Source: Prolixibacteraceae bacterium
GTDB lineage: Bacteria > Bacteroidota > Bacteroidia > Bacteroidales > Prolixibacteraceae
Length of the DNA: 42,469 nucleotides
Assembly: GCA_016930735.1 (NCBI GenBank)
Contig: JAFGGF010000109.1
Location: forward strand, 1 to 42,469
Direction: 5' to 3'
Part shown: positions 17,095 through 26,375 of the stretch, in pieces
Layout of the letters: each line of letters starts with the position of its first letter
Numbering within the stretch: the stretch's first letter is position 1
Notes under the pieces: generated by a model
What the model was told of the DNA's origin: nothing
Databases searched by the model: none
The model's input: only the letters and a program-made list of their open reading frames with translations
Program-made: the position numbers and the translations under genes

Positions 17095-19124
17095 AAAAGT
17101 ATTTTTTCCATATAATCCTCCTTTTTTTGTTCCTGATATCAATCCGTTTGCAGGCACAGGAAATCGATCCACTTTATTCTTTCGATGATATTATTGAAAC
17201 CATAATGGATGGTTTGGATGAAGAAACTGATTTTTCATCGGTTTTGGAAGACCTTGAAAATTTCTACAGGAATCCATTGCCGATAAACTCAGCAACCGAT
17301 GAAGACCTGAGAAAACTGCACCTTTTAAATGATTTTCAGATTAATCAGATTTTAACATACCGTAAAAAAACAGGTTCTGTTTTTACAATTTATGAATTAA
17401 ATTCGCTGGAAGGTTTTGACAGGGCTTTGCTGGAAAAACTTATTCCTTTTATTTCTTTTGAAATTCCTTCGGAAGAAAACCGGAACTTAAAACCAGATTT
17501 TATAAGGCAAAACCTTTTAGTCCGTTCAAACAGAGTATTACAAAAACAGGAAGGTTATAAAGAAGATGAGGAATCTAATTCTGCTTATGCAGGTTCGCAG
17601 GAAAAAATCTATTCCCGTTACCGGTTTGAACTGGGTGAAAAAATCGAAGCTGGCTTTACTGCAGAAAAAGATCCGGGCGAAGCATTTTTCGGCGGTTCGA
17701 ATAAAACTGGTTTTGACTACTATTCAGGACATATCAGTTTAAACCTGAACTCAGTTTTAAAAAATATTACAGTTGGCGATTTCTGGATTCAATCAGGCCA
17801 GGGGCTGGTTTTATGGCAGGGATTTGCCCAACGAAAATCAGATGATCCTATGCAGATTATTAAATCGGGGAATGGTTTCAGGCCTTATTCCTCAACTGAC
17901 GAAAACCGGTTTTTCAGGGGAATCGGGACCAAATTTGAATTCAACAATCTTGAAATTCAGGTCTTCACATCTATGAAAAAAAGAGATGCAAACCTGGAAT
18001 TTTCTGAAGACGCAACATATTTTACAAGCCTCCAGACATCCGGGTACCATCGAACTGAAAACGAAATTGAAGATGAAAGAAGTATAAATGAAACATCTTC
18101 CGGATTTTTGCTTTCTTTCAGGAAAAACAGGTTAAAGCTTGGAGCTACATTCCTTTACCAGAAATTTAATTATCCTCTGATCCGTGATGAACAGCCTTAT
18201 AACAGGTTTCGTCTTTCAGGTGATGTTAACTTAAATGCGGGAATAGACTACTATTTTGTTACCGGCAAATACCAGTTTTTTGGTGAAGCAGCAATATCCA
18301 AATCAGGGGGAACAGCCATTTTACAGGGATTGCAGGCACATATCCACAACCAGGCAGAATTGTCATTCCTTTTCCGGCATTTTAATAAAAACTACCATAG
18401 CCTTACAGGGAATGCATTTGCCGAAAATTCGGATATGGCAAATGAAACAGGTTTTTATGCAGGGCTTAAACTTCTTCCCGTAAAAAAAATCAGAGTGCTG
18501 ACTTATTCCGACTATTTCCGTTTCCCCTGGATCACATATACAACCATGGCTCCTTCAAATGGATTTGATTTTGCTGCGCGAATTGATTACATCTTTTCTC
18601 CAGGGCTACAGTTTTATATTCGGTATAAAAAAGAAAAAAAAGAGGTTAAAATTACAGAAGGAAACAGTTATGTGAATTCAGATTTAGTTTCTGACAAAAT
18701 AAGAGTAAATATGGATTACCGGTTATCAGAAAATTGGAAATTTAAAAGCCGTTTGGAATTTTCAAGCTATAAAAAGTATGAAAAAGAAAATGGATTTATG
18801 GTTTTTCAGGATGTAAATTATACAGCTGTAAAAATTCCATTCAGGGCACAACTGCGTTTGGCATATACCAACACTGAAAGCTTCAACACTCGTATTTATG
18901 CATACGAGAACGACTTACTTTACAATTATTCATTGCCCGCCTACTATAGCGAAAATGTAAGAGTCTACCTGAACATGAATTATGAAATCAATAAAAAATG
19001 GGAATGGTGGTTTAAGGTTTCCAACACTCATTATTTATCAGAAAACACTATCGGTTCAGGTTATAATGAGATAACCGGGAAAAATATAACAGAAGTTAAA
19101 ATACAGACAAGATTAAAATTTTAG
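17091..19124 (+). CDS. Large outer-membrane protein with an N-terminal ComEA-like (degenerate) helix-hairpin-helix module and a C-terminal beta-barrel
   Basis: Signal peptide MKKYFFHIILLFLFLISIRLQAQ. INSATDEDLRKLHLLNDFQINQILTYRKKTGSVFTIYELNSLEGFDRALLEKLIPFISF aligns with the ComEA HhH pattern, but both GIG hairpins are replaced (NDF, GFD). A long beta-rich region ends in ...KIQTRLKF, with the C-terminal Phe typical of OMPs. Confidence 0.6.
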   Translation: MKKYFFHIILLFLFLISIRLQAQEIDPLYSFDDIIETIMDGLDEETDFSSVLEDLENFYRNPLPINSATDEDLRKLHLLNDFQINQILTYRKKTGSVFTIYELNSLEGFDRALLEKLIPFISFEIPSEENRNLKPDFIRQNLLVRSNRVLQKQEGYKEDEESNSAYAGSQEKIYSRYRFELGEKIEAGFTAEKDPGEAFFGGSNKTGFDYYSGHISLNLNSVLKNITVGDFWIQSGQGLVLWQGFAQRKSDDPMQIIKSGNGFRPYSSTDENRFFRGIGTKFEFNNLEIQVFTSMKKRDANLEFSEDATYFTSLQTSGYHRTENEIEDERSINETSSGFLLSFRKNRLKLGATFLYQKFNYPLIRDEQPYNRFRLSGDVNLNAGIDYYFVTGKYQFFGEAAISKSGGTAILQGLQAHIHNQAELSFLFRHFNKNYHSLTGNAFAENSDMANETGFYAGLKLLPVKKIRVLTYSDYFRFPWITYTTMAPSNGFDFAARIDYIFSPGLQFYIRYKKEKKEVKITEGNSYVNSDLVSDKIRVNMDYRLSENWKFKSRLEFSSYKKYEKENGFMVFQDVNYTAVKIPFRAQLRLAYTNTESFNTRIYAYENDLLYNYSLPAYYSENVRVYLNMNYEINKKWEWWFKVSNTHYLSENTIGSGYNEITGKNITEVKIQTRLKF

Positions 19125-19168
19125 CAGTAATTTTTGTTAATTTGCCCCCGAAACCAAATAAAAACCGG

Positions 19169-20302
19169 ATGGAATTTCAAAATTTCGAAGACATCAGGCC
19201 CTACAACAACAACGAAGTTGAAGAAAAAATGAAACTGTTACTGGCCGACCCGGTTTTTGACAGAGTCCTTTTGCATATTTATCCCGATGAACAGAAAATC
19301 AGGGAAGTAAAATACCTGCTTTCAACTTTTAAAACCATTGATGATATCCAGTTCAAATTCATATACGAATTGCTGAAAATGGTTATTGCTACCACAACCG
19401 ATGGATTAACTGCTGATGGTTTGGAACACCTTGAAAAAGATAAACCCTATTTATTTATTTCAAACCACCGCGATATAATACTTGATTCTGCACTGTTGAA
19501 TTACCACATTTATAAAAATGGGATGAATACCACGCAGATAGCCATTGGCAGCAACCTGCTCATCCTCGACTGGATTATTCATGCAGTAAAACTGAACAGG
19601 ACTTTTATTATTAACAGGGATGCCACCTCGCGTGAATTACTGGCTGCTTCTCAGAAAGTTTCGGAATATATCAGGTACTCAATTACAAATGAAAATATTT
19701 CTATCTGGATTGCCCAGCGTGAAGGGAGGACAAAAGACGGCTCGGATATGACTCAGATCAGCCTGTTGAAAATGCTGAATATGAGCAATAAAAAATCGTT
19801 TATTGAAGGTTTTTCAGAACTTAATGTTGTGCCGGTTTCCATATCGTATGAGATTGAACCGTGTGGAATAGGAAAAATCAGGGAACTGATGAAAAAGGAA
19901 GTAGATACCGGCTATGTTAAAAGAAGCAAGGATGATTTAAAAAGTATGGCTCGCGGCATGTTCGGTAAAAAGGGGCATATTCATTTTTCTTTTGGCAAAC
20001 CATTAAATACCGAATTGGCAGGATATAATGAAAAAGAACGCCCTAATGAACTTTTCCAGCAACTGGCTGGCAGTATCGACGATCATATTCATAAGCAGTT
20101 TAAACTCTGGCCCAATAACTTTGTTGCATACGATTTACTGAACGATAGCAATATCTATTTTGATAAATATTCTGAAGAAAACAAAAAAACCTTTGAAAAA
20201 TTAATTACGCAGGCCCAGGCTGAAATTGAAGGTAACAAAGAAGACATACGAAATCGTTTCCTGAAAATGTATGCAAATCCCGTAATCAATGCCAATGCCT
20301 GA
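19169..20302 (+). CDS. PlsC-family glycerolipid/lysophospholipid acyltransferase
   Basis: HX4D acyltransferase motif FISNHRDIILDS and the second block WIAQREGRTKDG. The track start at 19142 is a TTG. The ATG at 19169 (MEFQNF) is preferred, though the start remains uncertain. Confidence 0.7.
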   Translation: MEFQNFEDIRPYNNNEVEEKMKLLLADPVFDRVLLHIYPDEQKIREVKYLLSTFKTIDDIQFKFIYELLKMVIATTTDGLTADGLEHLEKDKPYLFISNHRDIILDSALLNYHIYKNGMNTTQIAIGSNLLILDWIIHAVKLNRTFIINRDATSRELLAASQKVSEYIRYSITNENISIWIAQREGRTKDGSDMTQISLLKMLNMSNKKSFIEGFSELNVVPVSISYEIEPCGIGKIRELMKKEVDTGYVKRSKDDLKSMARGMFGKKGHIHFSFGKPLNTELAGYNEKERPNELFQQLAGSIDDHIHKQFKLWPNNFVAYDLLNDSNIYFDKYSEENKKTFEKLITQAQAEIEGNKEDIRNRFLKMYANPVINANA

Positions 20303-20954
20303 AAATCAAAAAAACTTTTGTTATAAAAACATTATCTGGGATTGGAACGGAACTCTCCTGAATGACCTCGATTTATGTGTTGGCACGATCAATATTCTTT
20401 TAGCAGATAGAAAACTTCCGTTGTTAACAAACGGAAGATACAAGGAAGTTTTTTCATTTCCTGTAAAACAATATTATGAAAAAGCCGGATTTGATTTTAC
20501 CAAAGAAGATTTTGCAATTCCTGCCAGAGAATTTATTGAAAAATACAATGCTAAAGTAAACAATTGCAATTTACATTTTACGGCAAATGCGGTTCTTGAA
20601 AAATTTAGAATAAAGAAAGTCAGACAGTTTGTGCTTTCAGCTATGAAACAGGATATGCTGGAAGCTACTATCCGTTATCATAGAATTTTTGATTACTTTG
20701 AAAAAATTACCGGATTGGATGACCACTATGCTGTTTCAAAAATTGAACTGGGCATACTTCTGCTTAAAGAATCACGATTAAATAAAAATGAAACATGTAT
20801 AATTGGTGACACATTACATGACTATGAGGTTGCTGAAGAATTGGGCGTTGATTGCATTTTAATAGCCGATGGGCATCAGTCTAAAGATCGTCTGTTAACA
20901 TCCGGTGTTAAAGTCCTGAATTCGTTGGAAGAGTTGGCTCTTTATTCTGGTTAA
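20289..20954 (+). CDS. HAD-superfamily hydrolase (phosphoglycolate-phosphatase-like subfamily)
   Basis: Motif I IIWDWNGTLLND (DxNGT rather than DxDGT), motif II VLSAM, motif IV IIGDTLHDYEVA. Overlaps the acyltransferase gene by 14 nt. Confidence 0.7.
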   Translation: MPMPENQKNFCYKNIIWDWNGTLLNDLDLCVGTINILLADRKLPLLTNGRYKEVFSFPVKQYYEKAGFDFTKEDFAIPAREFIEKYNAKVNNCNLHFTANAVLEKFRIKKVRQFVLSAMKQDMLEATIRYHRIFDYFEKITGLDDHYAVSKIELGILLLKESRLNKNETCIIGDTLHDYEVAEELGVDCILIADGHQSKDRLLTSGVKVLNSLEELALYSG

Positions 20955-22672
20955 ATTGGTTTATGCCTTATATCGCGGATATAAAGCTGAAGTGTTTTTT
21001 TCCCCCTGAATTCGTTTTCAACAATCGAATAACAAATATCAAAAGGTAATCCGGAAGTTACGATATCGAATTTATCGGAATGATTAAAAGCAATCCCAGC
21101 GAAAACTTCTGAATTAAAATCAGGTTCAACAAGATCGAGTTTTATATGTTCATCGTTTTTGCCTACCAGCCTGCTCGAACCCGGATCAAGGACATCTTCG
21201 GAAACAAATACAGGAAGCATGTTGTGTGGCCCGAAAGGAGCAAACTGTTTTAAAACCCTGTAGAATTTGGGGTTGATTTCACTCAGCATAATTTTTGCAT
21301 CCACATCGATGGTGTGAATTTGCTGGTCTTTGGTTAAGTTATTTGTTACAATCTCTTCAAACCGTTCCGAGAAAGGAGCAATATTGTCGATTTTCATGGT
21401 TAATCCGGCGGCATACATATGCCCTCCGTATGATTCGAGCAGATCGCTGCATGACCCAATGGCTTCATACAGGTCAAAATCTTTTACAGAGCGTGCTGAA
21501 CCGGTTGCCAGACCATTCGATTCGGTTAATATTACAGTAGGCCTGTAATAATATTCCGTAAGCCTTGAAGCAACAATTCCAACCACACCCTTATGCCAGT
21601 CGCGGTTATACAAAACCGTGCTTTTCCGTTCCTGTAAAAACTCACTGTTCTGTATCATATCCAGGGCTTCCTGGGTAATATCCCTGTCAAGGGTTTTCCT
21701 GATTTCGTTATACGAATTTATTTCTTCGCCCAGATTTGATGCTTCCGACTCATTGTTAGCAACCAGTATTTCAACCGATTTTTTTCCATGCTCGATCCTT
21801 CCGGACGCATTTAAGCGCGGACCTATTTTAAAAACAATATCACTGATGGAAATCCCATCACTGTTCAGACCAGAATGCTGAATAATAGTTTTTAATCCAA
21901 TCCCCGGATTTGAATTCAGTTTCCTTAAGCCATAATAAGCCAGAACCCTGTTTTCACCCGTAACCGGAACAATATCGGAAGCTATGCTAACAACAACCAG
22001 ATCGAGAAGGTCATATAATTCAGGCAAAGGAACTTCATTTTTTTCACAATAAGCCTGTAAATATTTAAACCCGACACCACAACCCGAAAGCTCCTTGTAG
22101 GGGTAATTACAATCGGGCCTCTTCGGGTCGAGTACAGCATAAGCATCAGGAATGATATCATCCGGATTATGATGGTCACAAATAACAAAATCGAGCCCCC
22201 TGCTTTTGGCATAAGCAATTTTTTCAGCCGCTTTAATACCGCAGTCCAGTACAATTACAAGTGAAACGTTTTCTTTTATGGCATATTCAATGCTAACCGG
22301 TGAAATCCCGTAACCTTCTGAATACCTGTCAGGAATATAAAAATCAAGTTCTTTAATGCGGCTTTTCAGGAATTGGTACATCAAAGCAACCGAAGTAGTT
22401 CCATCCACATCATAATCGCCGTAGATCAGAACTTTTTCGCCATTTTGGATAGCCCTTTCCAGCCTTTCAACAGCTTTATCCATATCCTTCATCAGGAATG
22501 GGTCATGCAGGTCGCTTAACCGGGGCCGGAAAAATGCTTTGGCTTCGTTATATGTTTTAATATTTCTTTGAACCAGCAAATTGGCAATAACCATATCAAC
22601 GCTCAGAGCAGCCGAAAGATGCTTTATCTCGTTGATGTCGCCCTGTGGTTTGATATTCCAGATTCTTTCCAT
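20951..22672 (-). CDS. recJ: Single-stranded-DNA-specific exonuclease RecJ
   Basis: DHH family motifs IYGDYDVDGTTS, LDCG and FVICDHH. DHHA1 motif GGHMYAAG. 573 aa. Confidence 0.93.
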   Translation of the reverse strand: MERIWNIKPQGDINEIKHLSAALSVDMVIANLLVQRNIKTYNEAKAFFRPRLSDLHDPFLMKDMDKAVERLERAIQNGEKVLIYGDYDVDGTTSVALMYQFLKSRIKELDFYIPDRYSEGYGISPVSIEYAIKENVSLVIVLDCGIKAAEKIAYAKSRGLDFVICDHHNPDDIIPDAYAVLDPKRPDCNYPYKELSGCGVGFKYLQAYCEKNEVPLPELYDLLDLVVVSIASDIVPVTGENRVLAYYGLRKLNSNPGIGLKTIIQHSGLNSDGISISDIVFKIGPRLNASGRIEHGKKSVEILVANNESEASNLGEEINSYNEIRKTLDRDITQEALDMIQNSEFLQERKSTVLYNRDWHKGVVGIVASRLTEYYYRPTVILTESNGLATGSARSVKDFDLYEAIGSCSDLLESYGGHMYAAGLTMKIDNIAPFSERFEEIVTNNLTKDQQIHTIDVDAKIMLSEINPKFYRVLKQFAPFGPHNMLPVFVSEDVLDPGSSRLVGKNDEHIKLDLVEPDFNSEVFAGIAFNHSDKFDIVTSGLPFDICYSIVENEFRGKKTLQLYIRDIRHKPI

Positions 22673-22708
22673 TCGGTACCTTTGTTATTGCCTTTTACTC
22701 AAATCTGC

Positions 22709-22716
22709 CAAAGATA
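22709..22716 (-). promoter_or_regulatory. Bacteroidota-type -7 promoter box (TATCTTTG = TAnnTTTG) upstream of recJ
   Basis: The plus strand reads caaagata, so the minus strand reads TATCTTTG, 36 nt upstream of the recJ ATG. The identical octamer lies upstream of lysS. Confidence 0.45.
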
Positions 22717-22825
22717 CAAAATGCTGTACGATAAATAAAACAAATAAACGTTTACACACCTTATTTATAAACGGCGCGAATCGTGAATCTTTTATGTTCA
22801 AAGAGTTAACAGCTAAATAGTATTT

Positions 22826-24100
22826 TTACATAATAATGATCATACCACCGCCACCTCCATTCCGGAATCGTGGATTTACTACATTATTATATATCGATCC
22901 AAAAGTATAAGTCAATCCAAAACTGGTAAAGTAAGAATAACTTGTTTCCAGTTCCTTTTGCCTTGTAAGTATCTCTTCAGCTGTTGCACCGGCTTTTTCA
23001 AGTGAAATCTGATCGTGAATTAATGATACGCTGCCACCAAGGTTAAACGACAATCCTTTTGCAATCCTGAACTCCATATTACCTGATAAAGACAAATTAT
23101 TCAATTTCCAGTCATGTAAATAATTGCTCCATTCAACACCCATATTTATTGAACCCCACTTTTGAATAATGTTGTAAGTAACATCCATTGAATGTTCCCA
23201 TAAACTTTCTTCCATTTTATTGTATACAGTTGTATCGTTATAATTGTGGTAACGATAACCCAACTCGTATAAAAATGAAAGTTGCCTCCTGGTTGATTCA
23301 GAATATGGAAAGACATTGTATTCTATACCCGGCATAATTGAAAAAATCATTCTATGATTTCTGTAAATTGATGAACTTACTTCAGCTTCTCCTCCAACCG
23401 ACCAATGGTCATTAAGACTTTTAACAACCAAAGCTTCAAACGATTTGGAATTTGACTCGCTTTTTATAATATCATCTTCAATTTCAAATTTATCCAATCC
23501 ATAATCATAGCCTAAATCAAAAATCAATTTCCAGTCTTTTGTAATCCTGCTTGCAGAAAAGCTTCCAAATAAATTTGTTGATTTTAATGTTTTTTGTCCG
23601 TTCATAAATCCATTAATTCTTGATCTGAAGACCCAGCTATCCCATTTATCTGTGGTGACTTCTTCCTGAATTGGTTTGGTGAAGACTATATTTATGTGTT
23701 TCGATAAAGGAGTTTTCGCCACATAACGCATTAACGCCATTTTCAAAATTGAAACCTGTTTTTGCCTCCTCATATCATCAGAATCATCGGGTAAAGTGGC
23801 AACCGATACTGTATCACTCATCCCGTTAAATTCATGCTGCCCTTCCAGGAAATATGTATATACCCAGCCGCCTGAACCGGATCTTTCCTGTGTGTCGATA
23901 ATATAAATCTGGGCATCTTTTAAATCTCTCACATAATTGATAAACGGGATTTCCCTTTTTATATAATCATTGGCATCCATATATACTTTCAAAGCATCTT
24001 TCCGAAGTGAATCCGGGGTTTCAGTGTTAACCGTAAATTCCTGAGCTGAAAGTGTTAACGAGAGAAATACAATAAAAAGGACTGAACAAAGTGTTTTCAT
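22826..24100 (-). CDS. Exported protein, probable outer-membrane beta-barrel, function unknown
   Basis: Signal peptide MKTLCSVLFIVFLSLTLSAQ. The C-terminal two thirds show an alternating beta pattern ending ...GLTYTFGSIYNNVVNPRF, followed by an odd tail RNGGGGGMIIIM. Confidence 0.55.
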   Translation of the reverse strand: MKTLCSVLFIVFLSLTLSAQEFTVNTETPDSLRKDALKVYMDANDYIKREIPFINYVRDLKDAQIYIIDTQERSGSGGWVYTYFLEGQHEFNGMSDTVSVATLPDDSDDMRRQKQVSILKMALMRYVAKTPLSKHINIVFTKPIQEEVTTDKWDSWVFRSRINGFMNGQKTLKSTNLFGSFSASRITKDWKLIFDLGYDYGLDKFEIEDDIIKSESNSKSFEALVVKSLNDHWSVGGEAEVSSSIYRNHRMIFSIMPGIEYNVFPYSESTRRQLSFLYELGYRYHNYNDTTVYNKMEESLWEHSMDVTYNIIQKWGSINMGVEWSNYLHDWKLNNLSLSGNMEFRIAKGLSFNLGGSVSLIHDQISLEKAGATAEEILTRQKELETSYSYFTSFGLTYTFGSIYNNVVNPRFRNGGGGGMIIIM

Positions 24101-24341
24101 ACTGGATTTAGTTGGTTTATAGCTTTCTTATCTGGTTTTAAAAATCCGGCCTAAAATAATATTTCTTTTTTAAACCGGCGCTTTGCTCACAACAAATATG
24201 CCAATTGTTTAACCATTCTTTTTATACCGATTAGCTTTAAAATGTGGCATATCTTCATTTCATTCAATTTGCAATTTTTTCAGTCTATCGGCATTAACCA
24301 ATGAAATTCAAATTCAATATTATATTTTCAAAATGGTATTA

Positions 24342-24349
24342 TATCTTTG
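24342..24349 (+). promoter_or_regulatory. Bacteroidota-type -7 promoter box (TATCTTTG) upstream of lysS
   Basis: tatctttg lies 26 nt upstream of the lysS ATG in an AT-rich divergent intergenic region. It matches the TAnnTTTG consensus. Confidence 0.5.
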
Positions 24350-24375
24350 CAGCAAATTAAATACAGCTAAAAAAA

Positions 24376-26088
24376 ATGAATAATCCGGCTTTAAGCGAAC
24401 AGGAACAGATCAGAAGGAATTCACTTCAGAAATTACGTGAATTAGGGATTGACCCGTACCCGGCAGCTCAATATCATGTGAATATTACAGCATCTGAAAT
24501 AATTAATAATTTCAACGATGAAAAAAACAATTTTCAGGATGTTTGCCTGGCCGGCAGGATGATGAGCCGCAGGATCATGGGGAAAGCATCGTTTGCAGAG
24601 CTTCAGGACCATACCGGACGGATTCAGATTTATGTAAACCGCGACGAACTTTGTCCGGGTGAAGATAAAACAATGTACAATGATGTATTTAAAAAACACC
24701 TTGATATTGGAGACATCATTGGTGTTAAAGGTTTTGTTTTCAGGACACAGATGGGTGAAATATCCATTCATGTGAAGGAAATGACCGTGCTGAACAAATC
24801 GTTGCACCCCTTACCCATTGTAAAAGAAAAGGATGGGAAAACTTACGATGCTTTTACCGATCCTGAGCAACGTTACCGGATGCGTTATGTCGACCTGATT
24901 GTCAACCCTCAGGTAAAGGATGTTTTTGTTAAACGCACCAAAATCATCAATACCATGCGCGAAATGTTTAACGGGTATGGTTATTTCGAAGTTGAAACAC
25001 CTATCCTTCAACCCATCCCCGGAGGTGCTGCTGCCAGGCCCTTTATTACTCATCATAATTCACTCGACATCCCGCTTTACCTGCGCATTGCAAATGAGTT
25101 GTATTTAAAACGCCTGATCGTAGGAGGATTTGAAGGAGTTTACGAATTTTCCAAAGATTTCAGGAACGAAGGGATGGACCGCACTCATAATCCTGAATTT
25201 ACCGTAATGGAAATTTATGTGGCCTACAAAGATTATAAATGGATGATGAGTTTTACCGAGGAAATCTGTGAACGTGTTGCACTTGCACTTCACGGTACCA
25301 CAAAAGTGAAACTTGGCAACAACATAATCGATTATAAAACTCCCTACCCCAGGGTAACCATGTATGAAGCGATAAAAGAACATACCGGTTATGATATATC
25401 AGGGAAAACAGAAGATGAACTGCGGGAAATCAGTGACAAACTTGGAATTGAAACCGATCCGACCATGGGAAAAGGGAAACTGATTGATGAAATTTTCGGT
25501 GAAAAATGCGAGCACCATTACATACAGCCAACCTTTATTACCGATTACCCGATAGAAATGTCGCCGCTGACTAAAAAACACCGCGACAACCCGGAACTGA
25601 CCGAACGTTTTGAGTTGATGGTAAACGGGAAAGAACTGGCAAATGCCTATTCGGAATTAAACGACCCGATTGACCAGCGCGAACGCTTTCAGGAACAATT
25701 GAGGCTTTCGGAAAAAGGCGATAACGAAGCCATGTTTATCGACCAGGATTTCCTGCGTGCGCTGGAATATGGCATGCCTCCAACTTCAGGCATGGGAATG
25801 GGAATCGACCGGCTGACCATGTTTATGACCGACAGCCCCTCTATTCAGGATGTGCTCTTTTTCCCGCAAATGAAACCGGAAGTTAAAAAACCAAAGGTGG
25901 AACTGAATGAGGATGAAAAACTGATTCTTGAACTTCTGAAGGCAAACTCACCCATCGATTTAAATGAACTTAAAAACCTAACCGGGCTCAGTAATAAAAA
26001 GTGGGATAAAGCCATTAAGGGGCTGACTGGCCTGAAGCTGGCAAAGGTGGAGAAAAAGGATGAGGGATTAGTCGTGAGTATTGAGTAG
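24376..26088 (+). CDS. lysS: Lysine--tRNA ligase (class II) with a ~70-aa C-terminal extension
   Basis: OB-fold N-domain ([26 protein letters not shown]). Class II motifs [17 protein letters not shown] and GMGMGIDRL. The tail [35 protein letters not shown] looks like a winged helix. Confidence 0.95.
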   Translation: MNNPALSEQEQIRRNSLQKLRELGIDPYPAAQYHVNITASEIINNFNDEKNNFQDVCLAGRMMSRRIMGKASFAELQDHTGRIQIYVNRDELCPGEDKTMYNDVFKKHLDIGDIIGVKGFVFRTQMGEISIHVKEMTVLNKSLHPLPIVKEKDGKTYDAFTDPEQRYRMRYVDLIVNPQVKDVFVKRTKIINTMREMFNGYGYFEVETPILQPIPGGAAARPFITHHNSLDIPLYLRIANELYLKRLIVGGFEGVYEFSKDFRNEGMDRTHNPEFTVMEIYVAYKDYKWMMSFTEEICERVALALHGTTKVKLGNNIIDYKTPYPRVTMYEAIKEHTGYDISGKTEDELREISDKLGIETDPTMGKGKLIDEIFGEKCEHHYIQPTFITDYPIEMSPLTKKHRDNPELTERFELMVNGKELANAYSELNDPIDQRERFQEQLRLSEKGDNEAMFIDQDFLRALEYGMPPTSGMGMGIDRLTMFMTDSPSIQDVLFFPQMKPEVKKPKVELNEDEKLILELLKANSPIDLNELKNLTGLSNKKWDKAIKGLTGLKLAKVEKKDEGLVVSIE

Positions 26089-26159
26089 TTAGTAGTGAGT
26101 AAAAAGTCCTTTGTCCAACGAAGTTTTAACGAAGTTGGTGTAAGACAAAAGATAAATCA

Positions 26160-26187
26160 AGCCTTGGTATTTCCTGGGCTTTTTTTA
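26160..26187 (+). terminator. Rho-independent terminator after lysS
   Basis: agccttgg-tattt-cctgggct has 7 of 8 positions pairing (one G-U), followed by ttttttt. It closely resembles the hairpin at 36918..36946. Confidence 0.55.
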
Positions 26188-26375
26188 TTACCCTCTCGGT
26201 CAACATTGATGCCCACTCTTCCGCCATCTGGCGTGGAGAATTTTAGAGGGGTCAATAAAACCCAAATCTCAAATATTAAAATTTAAAAAACTCGCAACTC
26301 GTAACTCAAGGCTAATAGCTCAAATCAGGCTTATCGAATTCGACTTTTAAATCGAAATTTTTGTAATTTTAATTT

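Noticed and set aside
25870-26088. lysS C-terminal ~70-aa extension as a possible gene fusion
   Set aside because: From memory, lysine-tRNA ligases of about 570-580 aa with such a tail are the normal form in Bacteroidota. It is not window-specific novelty.
26095-26286. 63-aa GTG-initiated ORF downstream of lysS
   Set aside because: It spans the lysS terminator and the GC-rich hairpin and has no ATG. The composition looks non-coding.
26074-26309. Short tandem heptamers considered as a CRISPR or VNTR-type array
   Set aside because: There are only 3-4 units of 7 nt with no spacers, which is far too short for CRISPR. I saw no repeat-spacer architecture anywhere in the window.
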